64,000 bases of DNA, taken from Octopus vulgaris. Lineage: Eukaryota. The notes under the pieces are model-generated. The model saw only the letters and a list, made by a program, of their open reading frames with translations, had not been told where the DNA came from and ran no database searches. Location: the NCBI GenBank assembly GCA_951406725.2, contig OX597826.1:20026001-20090000 (forward strand), read 5' to 3'. Positions 12,350 to 25,230 of the stretch are shown piece after piece (the stretch's first letter is position 1; each line of letters begins with the position of its first letter). The translations under genes were made by a program, and so were the position numbers.

Positions 12350-12724
12350 GGAAGCACTCCATCGGTTACGACGATGAGGGTTCCGGTTGATCCGAATCAA
12401 CGGAACAGCCTGCTCGTGAAATTAACGTGTAAGTGGCTGAGCACTCCACAGACACGTGCACCCTTAACGTAGTTCTCAGCGTGACACAGAGAGTGACAAG
12501 GCCGGCCCCTTGAAATACAGGTACAACAGAAACAGGAAGTAAGAGTGAGAGAAAGTTGTGGTGAAAGAGTACAGCAGGGATCACCACTATCCCCTGCCGG
12601 AGCCTCGTGGAGCTTTTAGGTGTTTTCGCTCAATAAACACTCACAACGCCCGGTCTGGGAATCGAAACCGCGATCCTATGACCGCGAGTCCGCTGCCCTA
12701 TCCACTGGGTCATTGCGCCTCCAC
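12350..12724 (-). mobile_element. tRNA-derived SINE (third family) with ~13-bp TSD
   Basis: Head GGAGGCGCAATGACCCAGTGGATAGGG..GGTTTCGATTCCC; TSD ATAAGCCGGCTAT at 12337-12349 and 12725-12737. Confidence 0.9.
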
Positions 12725-12889
12725 ATAAGCCGGCTATAGATGATTGATGTTAGGGTTTTGTAGGATGTTGATAGACATGTTAATGGTCTTTAATTGTGGG
12801 TGTACGATGTCTTTGTTTTGGGGTATTAGGGTGGCTTGCCCCTCCAGCATCCTGTTTGGTGTTGATTCTAGCTCACTTGTCAATAAATT

Positions 12890-13029
12890 CTTTTCTACTC
12901 TAGGCACAAGGCCTGAAATTTGGGGGGAGGGGGCCAGTCGATTAGATCGACCCCAGTATGCAACTGGTACTTAATTTATCGACCCCGAAAGGATGAAAGG
13001 CAAAGTCAACCTCGGCAGAATTTGAATTC
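12890..13029 (-). mobile_element. 5'-truncated Meta-like SINE with 9-bp TSD
   Basis: Core plus alternative tail; CAATAAATT at 12881-12889 and 13030-13038. Confidence 0.85.
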
Positions 13030-14349
13030 CAATAAATTGAACGCTTCTGCTAAGTGGTTATGGGTACTGATGAGATGTTTCAACCAGAAGTTGGGGATCT
13101 TGTCTATCCCAGGAGTTTTTCAGATGCTGGTACTCCTCAGTGTGTCCATGATCTCTTGGCCCGTGATGATGGACCATATCCGTTGTTCTATTGTGTTTTT
13201 CTTTTTCCCTACAAATCCACTGAGCATTTTTGTTGTGTTTCTTTTTTGGGTTTGCTCCATATTGCTTCCCAGTATGACTGAATCGCTGGTGTTGATGGCA
13301 TGGCATCTACTGATATATTTTTTTTTTTTTTTTTGTTTAACTTTTCTTAAAAACTTTTGTGTTTATTTTAAATTCTCTATTTTGTCGGAAGAAGCGTTCC
13401 CGTTTTTCATACCATTTTATGCGGCGAGTTTTTGCTGCTATGCTCTGTTTAATTTTTTCTTTTCCCTCTCAGGTATCTTATTTATTATTTATGTATTGTT
13501 TTGTTATATTGGCCATTTTTTTATTTCTCATATTTGATCCCGTTTTCTCTAATTCACAAAGTAGTGATAAGTCTTTCTTTTGAATTTTATCTATTATGAT
13601 GTTTCCATTTTGGGGTTTGAGATTTGGCTGGGATTTTTTTCTTTGTAAATGTCAAGTCCAGTTTACAGCTGTTGAGTAGATCAAGTCATTTAGTTTGTTG
13701 ATATCTAGTGTATCTTTTGATATGGTTATTATTACTTGTAAGGCTCTGTTGTATCTATTTATCCTTTCATAGAGTTGTTTATTTTTCTGTAACTTGGAGA
13801 GACGTTATTTATCGACTGTGCGACGTTTAGTTCTTCTACGTTTGTTATTTCTTCAACCGGTTCATCTCCATCCTCCGTTATAGTTGGTCTGTTGTGGTGT
13901 GTGTTATTTTGTTTGTTGTTTTGTGCTTCAGTATTCGTCTGTCTATGTGTGTTGTTGGTTTTCTGTGATGTTCTATTTATTTCTGGGTTGGGAAGCTGTG
14001 CAGAGATTTCAATTTGTTTCAGCCTTTTATTTACTGTTTGTAGTGTTGTCTTTGTTGTGTTCCCTTCTTTCTTTTGTGATGTCTTATGCGTTTTCGGAAA
14101 TATAATGTCTGGTGTGTTGTTTTTGCCAAATTGAGCTATGAAGTGTTTTGCTTTATTTTCCGTGTGTTAGTTTTGTAGCGAACTCTAGTGAACTTCTCCT
14201 CTCTATTATATATACACACATACGAACGTAGCAGGTGTGTGCGTGTATAAAAGAGTATGTATGCGCGTGTGAAAGAGGGCTGGTGGTCTGGACGTGTGCG
14301 TGTATGTACGTGTCCTTTGGGTGCTGTTTTGGACGCCGTTGTGTCTACC

Positions 14350-14495
14350 ACTCTGATTGGTTGGTATTGGCGCAATTTGTCTCTTACTCTATCGCGCGTC
14401 AATATGCAACCCAACCAATCGCAGCCTCCAAATAAGTCACGTGAGACAGTCTGTTCTAAACAATATTTGCGCCAACCGTTAGCTATAAAAACTCT
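14350..14495 (+). promoter_or_regulatory. candidate Pol II promoter (CCAAT boxes, E-box, TATA)
   Basis: GATTGGTTGG ~14355 and CCAACCAATC ~14411 (inverted pair), GTCACGTGA ~14436, TATAAAA ~14484, ATG at 14589. Confidence 0.4.
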
Positions 14496-14879
14496 CCTCC
14501 TCCTAGTCTCGGCGTCTGTTGGTTCCAGACCTTCTAAGGTCTAACCACTGACCCCATTACAGCGACCTCCATCTTCGTCGTCACCATCATGTCTCTCACC
14601 AACGTTATCAACAAGATCTACACAGCACCAACACACACTGCACTGGTTCGTGAGCTTCCCTCACCAGGGTTAACAGCTAACATACAACTCACGCAGATGC
14701 ATGTAGATACATATGTATATAAATATATGTATATAAATGTACATCGACCACTTTCATTTATCATTCAGATTGTGTATGTACATTAAATGTATATAAATAC
14801 ACAGCCATGTTTTATGTATTTCTTTATACCGTGTTCCTGTCAAATGATATAACAGCCTTCTGTGTAGAGTCACATTAGA

Positions 14880-15130
14880 TGGAAAACAACCTATCAACGT
14901 CTATAGTTTATCTATTTCGGTTTGGGGCACTTTTCTCTCTCGTAGGATATATCGTCGGACATTCGCAAATGTATTCTCCGAGACATTCCCTCTTCTATCA
15001 GTATTTCTTCTCAATATTTGGTATGTTTCTCTTGTTATCTTTGTGTTTCCCGGGTATAGTTTCGCAGTGCAGAATGCATATAGCACTTCCATGTAGCCGT
15101 CATCTGTTCACTGTTCTCTTTTGGTTTTGT
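14880..15130 (-). mobile_element. R4/Dong-like LINE N-terminal fragment
   Basis: MEVLYAF..SENTFANVRRYILRERKVPQTEIDKL, homologous to the 8047-8637 ORF. Confidence 0.65.
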
Positions 15131-15279
15131 TTTTCGCTTGGACAGTGACATTAGGAGAGGGGCCTGCCTGTTCAGAGTTAACTTTTTGACAGAGGACCGT
15201 CTCTGGCTGTATGCTATTTTTGTTTATGCTATAAATATTATTTTCATATACACTCAACAAACCAGACTGTTGGAAAAAA

Positions 15280-15570
15280 ATCCTAACATCGGGTTACAAG
15301 TAACCTTAGATGCCAAGAACCCTCCTAAGTACCCTAGCTGTCCCTAATAATACTGTTTTCTGAAACTGTACTAAACTTAGTTTTATGCCTATTTCCTTTA
15401 ACCATCTGTTCAGATCTTAAGGGATAATTTCCAATGCACCTATAACTACTGGGATACATTTTACCCGCACTTTCCATAGTCTCTGTAATTCAATAGCTAG
15501 GTCTTGGTACTTTGCTATTTTTCCTCTACTTCTCATATTAATGTTTTCATCATTTGGGTGCTTAGCAAGC
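15280..15570 (-). mobile_element. R4/Dong-like LINE 3' end (RLE plus short 3' UTR)
   Basis: KIAKYQDLAIELQRLWKVRVKCIPVVIGAL..QKTVLLGTARVLRRVL. Confidence 0.8.
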
Positions 15571-16240
15571 AGAGTGTCGTCAGGCACTCCCGCTCCTCTC
15601 CCCATACGGACAACGCCGGCGGCGGGGGTTCCACCTCGTCATTTTATAGAGAGCTGGTAGAGTTCAAGTGTGACGACGCCCTGGAAGAAACCCTGGGTTT
15701 CGATGATGGTCAACTTGTCAACCTGTACAAGAGAACATTCGGGCCAGGGCCTATAAATAATTTCCAGAAGTCCCTGGCATGGCAATGTTACCGAGGAGCC
15801 TTCCTTGTTCGGGACAAACTCTACAGGCATGGTTCTCCGTCAGTGCCAACTTGTCCAAGATGCGGGCAGGACAGTGAAACTGTTCTGCACGCAATTGTGC
15901 AATGTCCGAAGATTTTGGAACTTTGAGTTTATATCGAACAACTGCTGTCACGACTGGGAAGAGTACAATTGTCATCCGAGTCTATAATTGTTCCACCGTT
16001 TTCTCTGAATAGGGAAGAGGAGGGTCTGCGTAGTAGGTACTGTGAAGGAGGTTGTATGGAAGACGCGAGTGAAAGGGATCATGATGGGTATCTTCATCTC
16101 CGGCTTTGGGTTGGTTAACTTTTTCCTTTTCCACCCGAAAAGAAAAATAAGGCTGGCGAGGAGATGCCTACCACACGGAATGTTCAGAAAATGATGAAAG
16201 ACTGTAGCAAGTTTGTTCAGAATTAATGAACCTGCTTGCG
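15570..16240 (+). mobile_element. L1/Tx1-like LINE C-terminal zinc-finger fragment
   Basis: NFQKSLAWQCYRGA..RDKL..CPRCGQDSETVLHAIVQC; paralogous to 53380-53540. Confidence 0.85.
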
Positions 16241-17328
16241 CGAGAGCATAAAGGTAGTACCAGGTATTCAGTATTCGGAATGTGGTTTGTGGGGTTGGCC
16301 ACGTTCCTCACTCCATCTGTGTTATTCGATTCGATTTTCAGATACATTTATCATTAATTTTGAATTATGTTTCTCTTCATGTTGTTTTATCATTCGTTCC
16401 CCGAACCTTTATCTGTCTTTGTATTGCTCCTCTTTCTTCGTCCCACATGGATAATTAAGACTAAAGTTTATATTTTATATATCTCGTTGTATACTTTACT
16501 TTTATCTTATATTTTTATCCGCATTATATTCCTTATTAGCTTATGGGCCTAAATTTTAATTTTTTGTATCAGAATGCACTCCTTTATATATTTAAAATAA
16601 TGTTTTAATTATTTACCTTATATCTACGATCGAATTTTTTTAAACTCCTGTTATTATCCCCCTTTAATGGTGGAGAATGTTCTAATATTTTACTTTTCTA
16701 TTATGAGCAGCTCCTTTTTGAGGATTTCTTTTATAAATTTTTATATATCTTCATATTTTACCATATTTTATACACTTTATCTATCAAAATTTTAATTTTC
16801 TTATGACTATTATATCTTAAAGTATTGCTTTCTTCCTATAATCTTATGTATAATTTATTCTTCATCTCTATATTTAACTTCTAAATTTATCTTAATGCTA
16901 TATCATTGTAACTATGCTAAATTGTAGTGGTCCCCTTTTTTTATTCCCTGGATTTGATTCTCATCCCCATTTTATAATATTTATTTCCATTATTTTTCAA
17001 AGTCTTTCTCTTTAATACGGTAATGAATGAGCTTCCTCTATATCCTTCTTCTCATTATCATCCCCTCCCCATAACTCATTCCCTTAATTACTACTGTACG
17101 CCTTAGCCATTTGCGAAGATAAAGCCGACGTATCGTTCCATCGCTTATGATAAATTAATAGGCTGACCTGACATTAATTACTTTTCTCGCCACTGACCAA
17201 TTGGCATAATCAACCTCTTTAATATATAAACCTAGACGATTGCAGCCGATCTTTTCTCTATTGTTAGATAACTGGGTCCCTTGAGTCAATTATTTCTTCC
17301 CCCAACTATAAACTATATAGAAAAATAG

Positions 17329-17376
<48 letters not shown>

Positions 17377-17529
17377 CTATTTTTCTATTCTCTTTCTCTC
17401 TTCTCTCCTCCTCTCTCTCCTCACATACCCACCTTCCCCTCCCCCATAAGCCCACAAACCCCAACTCTACCCCAACCTTCAGCCGAACCCACACACCACC
17501 CACACACCCATCCCCATATTTTCACACCT

Positions 17530-17875
17530 ATACATACATACACGCCCACGTCAAGACCACCAGCCCTCTTTCACACGCACATACATATTCTCTTATACAC
17601 GCACACACCTTCGTGTTGGGGATCATCTTTACTTTGTTATCTCCCCTACTTTCCCTCTCGTGTGTGACCCTTCTGTCCGAGTCAGCGCCATGATAGATCG
17701 TTAGCCACTACACACATTTTTTCGCTCCTTGTTTTTTCTGTGTCCCTTTCTGTAGAAGAGCGTAGGCTCGAAACGTAAAAGACCTTTTCTATTCCTGAGC
17801 GTTATACTAACACGTCTGTTTGTTTTGTACACCACCTGTCTTCGTCTTTTGTTTCTTTCGTAAACTCTCCCTACA
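17530..17875 (+). mobile_element. PLE-like pseudo-LTR / retrozyme-like repeat
   Basis: Carries a hammerhead motif; related copy at 22900-23080; 17535-17610 also present inverted at 14233-14308. Confidence 0.6.
17742..17783 (+). ncRNA. minimal hammerhead motif with CUGUAGA core (A6U variant)
   Basis: CUUU-CUGUAGA-A-GAGC(GUAG)GCUC-GAAA-CGUA-AAAG; palindromic ACGU helix III. Confidence 0.65.
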
Positions 17876-18460
17876 TATACATACTCACGCGTGTACATAT
17901 ATACAAATACACATATATACATATATATGTCTACGCATACACGCACATACACACGCATATATACCCATGCACGCATCACTACGCTCATACACATATCTCT
18001 ACACGCACATACACATACATACGCGGATATACAAAGCGTAGTTTATACGCACATGCATATACATACACGGAAAGACGTATATACAGATAAAAACACAGAA
18101 ACAAAAACCTTAAACCGGAAAACATTCACATTCGCCGCAAAACTTGAATATACAAATGAGTTATATATGTATATACACAAATACACCCTCCTGTCTGTTA
18201 AACACATCTACACCTGCAGATATATAAACGTATATACATACATATATGTATGAAGGAAGGAGACAAGTACAACAGGCAGAGTCTTGCACTCGTATATATA
18301 CAATCCTTCGTACACATACACATTTGTATGAATATACACACACATGCACATTAGGTATATACTACACGCGTATAAGTTACACAATTATAAAGGGTGAAAA
18401 ATAATGCACAGAAAAATATATATAAAGCAATAAAATATACATAAAAATTTATATAAAGCA

Positions 18461-19243
18461 ATAAAATATATATAAAAATATATAAGAGATGTTAAGACAT
18501 ATTAAAGGCTTGAACGTGGACATGATATAAAAAGCAGGTTCTATTTGTGATCTTGGTTTTACCATATTTGGACATGACCCACATATGATGTTTTCCTGGG
18601 GGGTTAAAAGTCAGTAACAGTTCTGCGTAGAACAGCCACCTCACGTTGGCAAATAAATATTACTCTTCAGTATCGTTACTATTTAATTCTCATTTAGAAA
18701 TTTTAAAACTAGCTCTTTTGCTCGTTGCGAGAACAGCGACTGTCTGTCGCTTCTCAGTTTATATATTGTAAGGTCGAGTGACTGCCATCTCTAGCCAGTA
18801 GTTATCCAGCACCGCGGACAGGAAATTGTTATTAATGCGTTTTTTTCATATTTATTTAATAACCATTTTTCATCTTTTAGGCTCAAGCATTAGGCCAATT
18901 GTACGTCCTGATCTAGCAAGATTTGGGAACTGAAGGAAAGCGGAATCGAATTTAGCCTTAAATGGGATAATATAAGAAGTCGGCACGAGTGCGAGGTGTG
19001 CAGTATGGAAATTTATAAAATTTTAAGTATAGGGACAAGGGCAACCTGGTTAATAATAGATTAAACCTAAGGGTATCATGCGTACATATTGTCACTCGTA
19101 CATTTAAATATTTTCGAAATTAGGGTTCATGTCCAAATATGGCAAATCCAAAATCACAAATAGAACCTGCTTTTTATATTATGTCCACGTTCAAGCCTTT
19201 CATATGTCTTAACATCTCTTATATATTTTTATATATATTTTAT
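18461..19243. repeat. ~120-bp inverted repeat (18461-18580 / 19123-19243)
   Basis: Arms are reverse complements with few mismatches. Confidence 0.85.
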
Positions 19244-19599
19244 AGGTGCTGCACTTGAACCTAGATAGGAGAAATTAATTTTAGAGTCGTATATGATGTG
19301 AACTTACCCGCTAGTATTATATATAAGTTATATATTTTTTCTTACTATTCTCTTTAATTTCTTATTGTGTTTTATTATTTTTGATACCTTTACCTATCAA
19401 CCTCTTATCTCTCATAAGTTATTAATGTTCTTAAAGAGAAATATAAACTTTCTGCTTACTTAGAGTTGATTATAACATACCTACAATAAAGTACAAATAT
19501 TTGTGTATATTTGCATGTGTGCACATAGCTAAATATGTGTATGTATCTGTGCACAACTTATTTTCCCGATTTTTTTCCTGATTCTTAGCTTATATCTAA

Positions 19600-20340
19600 T
19601 ATAAAGATAGCATAATTTATCGCCCCAGTAAATACCCAGAGCAATCTTTATAGAAACCACCTTATAGATAAATAATTAAGTACTGGTATGAATATTAAAC
19701 TAATTATATGTAATCTTCCCTTTCTAATATTGAAAATTAGTATAAATACTCAGTTTATCTATTCTGGTTATAATATCATTTTTAGTAATCTTAAATTTTA
19801 TTTTCATACAACATAACAATATAGTTTATATGCAATCATCCATTTAAGTATAGGGACAAGGGCAACCTGGTTAATAATAGATTAGACCTAAGGGTATCAT
19901 GATAATTACCTCTGTATTAACATCATACGTTTTATTAGTGTCTTGCTCCTTTAACTAGTACTTAACACCTTGATTTAGGGTCTTCTCTTACCCAGCCTCC
20001 TTTATTGACAGTTACTTATACATTTTCTAAATCCTGACAATATTTATAACCATACCCAACTATAGACTGTCAACTCACTCTGTCTATCTATTCTAAATAG
20101 ACACAGTCCTCTGGGCTTAGATTTGGTAGTTGATAAAAAATACTAATAAATTAAAAATGAACCACAATCCTTTATAAGCTGTCACCCTAACAAACTTCAT
20201 AGAGTTCTTAAAATTGTATTATATTCTGAGTCACATTAATAGCAACATGGACTTTCTCCCTCTTCTTGCTCTATTAGAGAATTTGAGTAAAATTATATTA
20301 ATGTGTCCGACTGATTAAAAAATTCTATTTAATTCTGTAG
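19600..20340 (-). pseudogene. highly decayed L1/Tx1-like RT remnant
   Basis: Frameshifted QGCPLSP-like motif ~19850-19870 (duplicated at 19022-19080); KGRLHIISLIFIPVLNYL ~19670-19725. Confidence 0.4.
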
Positions 20341-20460
20341 TTGAGGATAGCCCTGTATTCAAATTGATGTAATGATTGCATTGTTCAATTAAATGGAACC
20401 GCTTGAAACAGTCATGCTGCATCACCTCTTGATATCCTGTTGCTTATTTTGATTATATAT

Positions 20461-20501
<41 letters not shown>

Positions 20502-20588
20502 GAGAAGGTTGAAAAGGAACACACGAGTTGATATATATGGAAAAAAGTCAAGGTAGAAAATGCTAAAATAATTTTATAAAAAACATTT

Positions 20589-20624
20589 CAGTACCGGTTT
20601 CAGTCATTGAGACTTTTTCAACTG
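20589..20624 (-). ncRNA. minimal hammerhead ribozyme motif, U3-A8 variant
   Basis: CAG-UUGAAAA-AGUC(UCAAU)GACU-GAAA-CCGG-UA-CUG; palindrome ACCGGU, GUA site. Confidence 0.75.
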
Positions 20625-21465
20625 TAAGTATGGAAACCAATTAAATTTTGGAAAAATTAAAAGAAAAGTATTTTTAAAAGAATATTTGCATAGCATTCAA
20701 ATACAAGGGACATTTTCCTTGTTTCTGCCTGTCTCTGTCTCTCGTGTTTACTGTTGTGGGTTCGAGGTCGTTGTAAATTCTTGGCAGAGAAGAAGAAGAA
20801 AAAGAAGAAGAAGGAGGAGGAGCAGGAGCAGGAGGAGCAGGAGGAAGAAGAGAAGAAGAATGCGGGAGTGCCATGATAGTAGTAGGATGTTAAATGGTCA
20901 AGTGCCCTGAAAGTGACTTGCTGTGGATGGTAATAGTGATTGAATTCTTAAGACATCTCCTTTGAATGTATTGTTTATAATATTTGCGTAGGTGTTATTC
21001 TAAAGAGCAATAGTGGTAAAGTAAGGAAGGAGGTGGCGGAGAGGAAAAAGACGAAGAAGAAGAAGGAGAAAGAGAAGAGAGAATAATAAGGGAATGCAAG
21101 TAGTATGATAGTAGTAGGCTGTTAAATGGTCAAGTGACCTAAATGTGACTAGTTGTGGATTATAGCAGTGATTGGGACTGTTTTAATGAATTCTTGGGTA
21201 TCTCTTTTGAATGTATCACTCTTAATATTTGCGTATGTGTTTGTCGTTTGTTGTAGATGCGTTCAAAAGGAGTCTGTATTTTCTAATAAAGGGAGTCTCT
21301 TTATTAATTCGTTGGCTACAGGTTGTATCGTCCCTGAACTGGTACAGGGGGAAAATTTTGAAGCTTGGATTATTATTATTGGCGCAAATGTCGATATGAT
21401 GGCTTTATGCTATTTTTCTATTTTGGGGAATTTTGATCTGGGATCTATATATATATGTATATCTA

Positions 21466-21561
<96 letters not shown>

Positions 21562-21650
21562 GAATATATATACATACATACATGTACATACATATATACA
21601 TATAACTCTCTATATATACCTCTATGCATATACATCAATACATATAAATC

Positions 21651-21731
<81 letters not shown>

Positions 21732-22401
21732 CGATATATATATATGTACACGATGACCACTTAATACGTTACGAAGAACTAGATAAGCGGCTCAACAACT
21801 CTAATTTACAATACGCTAGGTCCCCAGACGCCCCGGTTGATTTATGACACCTAGGCTTCTACAACCAGAATTTGTCATTTTCCTGACCACCATGTTTGGT
21901 CCGTAACTACTATATATCCCTTATCCTTATATTCTTTTACATTCCTACACTCTTATACCCTTTATACTTCTGATAATTTTTTTATCTTTTTTTTTTTTTT
22001 ACTTTTTTATAACTTTATACCTTTATATTCATTTATATTATTTTATATTTTTTATATCTCTTTATATCTTTATACTCTACATTTTTATATTTTTCTATAC
22101 TTACACTTTTTATATATTTTTTATCCTTCGTCCTGAATTCTCGCCCCTCCATCTTTATCTCCATTTACTCTTATTACCAGGTCCCTTCACGTCTGTCTGT
22201 ATTTATATATGTATATATTTATTTATTCATTTATTTATATTACCTCAACATCCAAACTTCCTCATTCTACATTGAGAGAAGGACGAGATGGATGCTTCAT
22301 TTTTATGCTGTTGCTGCATTATGTCGTACGCGAATGAGAGGATTTGCATCCCCAACGTAGAATTTTTGATGTAATACATGTCCTTGAGGTAGTAGTTGTG
22401 C

Positions 22402-22479
22402 GCGGCTGAAGAAGGCCACAGACACACATTATGCATTGTTATAAATCCGTCTAATAAAGGCCCGAAACATATGTACCGC
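22402..22479 (+). ncRNA. hammerhead ribozyme motif, canonical core, extended helix II
   Basis: GCGG-CUGAAGA-AGGCC..GGCCC-GAAA-CAUAUG-UA-CCGC; palindrome ACAUAUGU. Confidence 0.82.
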
Positions 22480-22512
22480 TGAATCCTTGGCATCATGTTT
22501 TTATTTTGATTA

Positions 22513-22563
<51 letters not shown>

Positions 22564-22611
22564 TATACATATATATGTACATACATATACACATAGATAT
22601 ATATATACCTG

Positions 22612-22642
<31 letters not shown>

Positions 22643-22678
22643 TTGTCAGCATTATTTTGTCAGCATTTTCTTCATTTC

Positions 22679-22769
<91 letters not shown>

Positions 22770-22827
22770 TACATCTATACATATACATCTATACTTATGC
22801 ATGTATACATACATACATACATACATG

Positions 22828-22889
<62 letters not shown>

Positions 22890-22953
22890 CACACATTGAC
22901 CGCTAGCTACTAAAGCTTTCTTTTTTATTCTCTCCGTTTAATATCTCGAGTAC

Positions 22954-22990
22954 CTTTCTGTTGAAGAGTGTAGGCTCGAGACGTAAATGA
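22954..22990 (+). ncRNA. degenerate hammerhead motif (CUGUUGA core, GAGA for GAAA), same family as 17742
   Basis: CUUU-CUGUUGA-AGAGUGUAGGCUC-GAGA-CGUA-AAUG. Confidence 0.5.
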
Positions 22991-23087
22991 CTTTCTCACC
23001 TTCCCGAGCGCTAAACTAATACACCTTTTTGCTGTTTACACACCTATCGTCGTCTTTTGTTTCTTGTAAATTCCAGTTATATACCAT

Positions 23088-23335
23088 GCAAAGGTAAAAT
23101 GGACTGGTCATGTTGAAAGGTTCACAGACAATCGGTGGACCGGTGCAGTTATCAAAAGGTACCCGCACGAACGGAAGAGACCACTCAGAAGATCTCCAAT
23201 CAGTCGGGAAGATAATTTAGGAAAAATGTTTGGAACAACGTGGAGGAGAATGATGAGAGCACGGGGGGAATGGAGTGAATGCTGTAGCTAGCGGGGCCGA
23301 CTCGGTACCAGACAGCCTGGCCGATCCAGGTGATG
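23088..23335 (+). mobile_element. RTE-type LINE 3' fragment
   Basis: KWTGHVERFTDNRWT..KRPLRRSP..TTW. Confidence 0.7.
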
Positions 23336-23383
<48 letters not shown>

Positions 23384-24056
23384 TGTGTTTCTACCCTCAC
23401 CTTCACTTGACAACAGGACCGATAGGATAAGTACCAGGCTTTAAAAAATAAGTACTAGGGTCCACTCATTCGCCTAAAGTTCTTGAAGGCAGTATCGCAC
23501 TATGACCGCGATCTATGACTGAAGCAAGTAAGAGATAAAAGGTATTTATGTATATGTACGTGCGTATACACACACACACACACACACACACACAACACAC
23601 ACACACACACACACACATACACAACACGCACACGCACTCACACGCCACACATACATACACATCTTTGTGTTAGTTCCTCCCGTTTCCCATGGAGAATCAG
23701 ATGACATGTAGCTCAGTGTGTACGCGCGTGTGTGTCTATATCTAAAAGCCTCCGTGTTTATGTGCTTGCCTTGAAACAACGTCTCTCAACGAATGTTCTC
23801 CATCCCTGAATAATGCACGTAGAAAATTTTCCGGCTTCGAGTTTCCCATAGGGGAAACATGGAGTATCAAACAAAGGAGATGTTGAAGGGCTGATAAATG
23901 TAAGGGAGTAGTAGGAGAAAGGCAAGGGTTTTCTGACATGCGGAAAGGTTTTCAGTTTATATCAAAACTCTGTTTTCCTTCACATTCACATTCCCGTTAG
24001 TATTTATCTCTATTCAGCTCTTCCTTTCTTTGTTTTACTCCAATTCTTTCTTTCTT

Positions 24057-24186
<130 letters not shown>

Positions 24187-24225
24187 TCTCGCTTATCATT
24201 GTTAGGCAAAAATATAAGGACAGTA

Positions 24226-25230
24226 TACGAGGGTCGGTTGAAAAGTTCATAGGCTGACCAAGATGCTCGCGTGGAATGTGACCAAATGAGGTTTACTTTT
24301 CAATATATTCCCCTTTGCTGTCCTCACACTCCTTCTATGCTTGGATCCCATTGGTGAAGGCCAAAAATTCACCAACAGCAGATATGATGTTATAATCATT
24401 GCGATACTGGTCCCAAGCCATGTGTTTTTCATGCTGGGGAACAGATAATAGCCAGATGGGGCTAAATCAAGAGAATAAGGAGGGTGATCAACCAGTTCAA
24501 AGCCACATTCCCGCATAGTAGCGGGAGCGTTGTATTGATAAAACAAGACCCCCTTCTTCTTCAGTTTTCCTGGGAGTTTAGTCTTTATAGCCTTTCGTAA
24601 CTGCCTCAGCAAATTAGCATAGTACTTTCCATTGATGGTGTGGCCTTTTTGAAGATTGCATCCAAAAAACAGGCCATCACCTTCCCTGCAGATGAAAGGA
24701 CCTTTGCCTTTTGGGAATAGGGGAGGAGGGGTGTTTCCATTGAATGGATTGTCTCTTTGTCTCTAGTTCAGAGTGATGAACCCAGCACTCATCCTGGCTT
24801 CAAGGGAACCAGCTGGATTTGACTCAAAGAATGTCAGATTTTTCCCGTGATGTGATCAGGTGTCAAAAGGTGTGGCACCGACCGAGCAGAAGCCTTCGCC
24901 ATGCCAAGTTCATTGTGCACAGCCCACTTTTGTACTGTTGATAATGCTGGAGAGTCAACCCCTAATGTAGCAGCCATGTCAGCATGAATGTCCTTGAAGG
25001 CTAAAGTCTTTTTCTGCAGGTACTTGATATTACGAAGCCAAATTTTATCGATTTTAAAGGGAAGTGGCTACCAGCAACATTTGAAGTCTTCTCTGAACAT
25101 TCACGTGTCAGTTTAGCTGGGAAGAAACAATGCAGTTATTCATACAAAAAAAGGTTGAAATTAATGCATGCAAGATTTCATAGCATCACTTCTTCATAGT
25201 CAGCCTATGAGCTTTTCTGTCCACCCTGCA
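24226..25230 (-). mobile_element. Tc1/mariner DNA transposon, decayed, both TIRs present
   Basis: TIRs TACGAGGGTCGGTTGAAAAGTTCATAGGCTGAC / GTCAGCCTATGAGCTTTTCTGTCCACCCT; transposase HPPYSLDLAPSGYYLFP, LFYQYNAP. Confidence 0.9.

Larger units (their letters stand above)
9700..14200 (-). mobile_element. near full-length decayed R4/Dong-like non-LTR retrotransposon interrupted by a solo LTR and two SINEs
   Basis: RT motifs WIYYQKAFDSVP, RGIFQGDS, INHFLYTDDLK, GLDKC; ETEGLILATQDQ; CRM..ETVDHII.GC; RLE LMDIAIPSD..KYKDLEIE..IPIIIGALG. Confidence 0.88.

Noticed and set aside
12650-12724. Bona fide tRNA genes in SINE heads (also 38019 and 41040-41105)
   Set aside because: A and B boxes are present but there is no complete cloverleaf; the sequence continues into SINE bodies.
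16300-20400. Mitochondrial insertion (NUMT) suggested by AT richness
   Set aside because: No mitochondrial gene, rRNA or tRNA motif recognised; faint L1-like motifs are seen instead.
21433-22913. YIYI/IYLS-type ORFs (also at 26184, 35094, 37112-39485, 40412-41831, 49697-50264, 58295-58604)
   Set aside because: Stop-free microsatellites, not genes.
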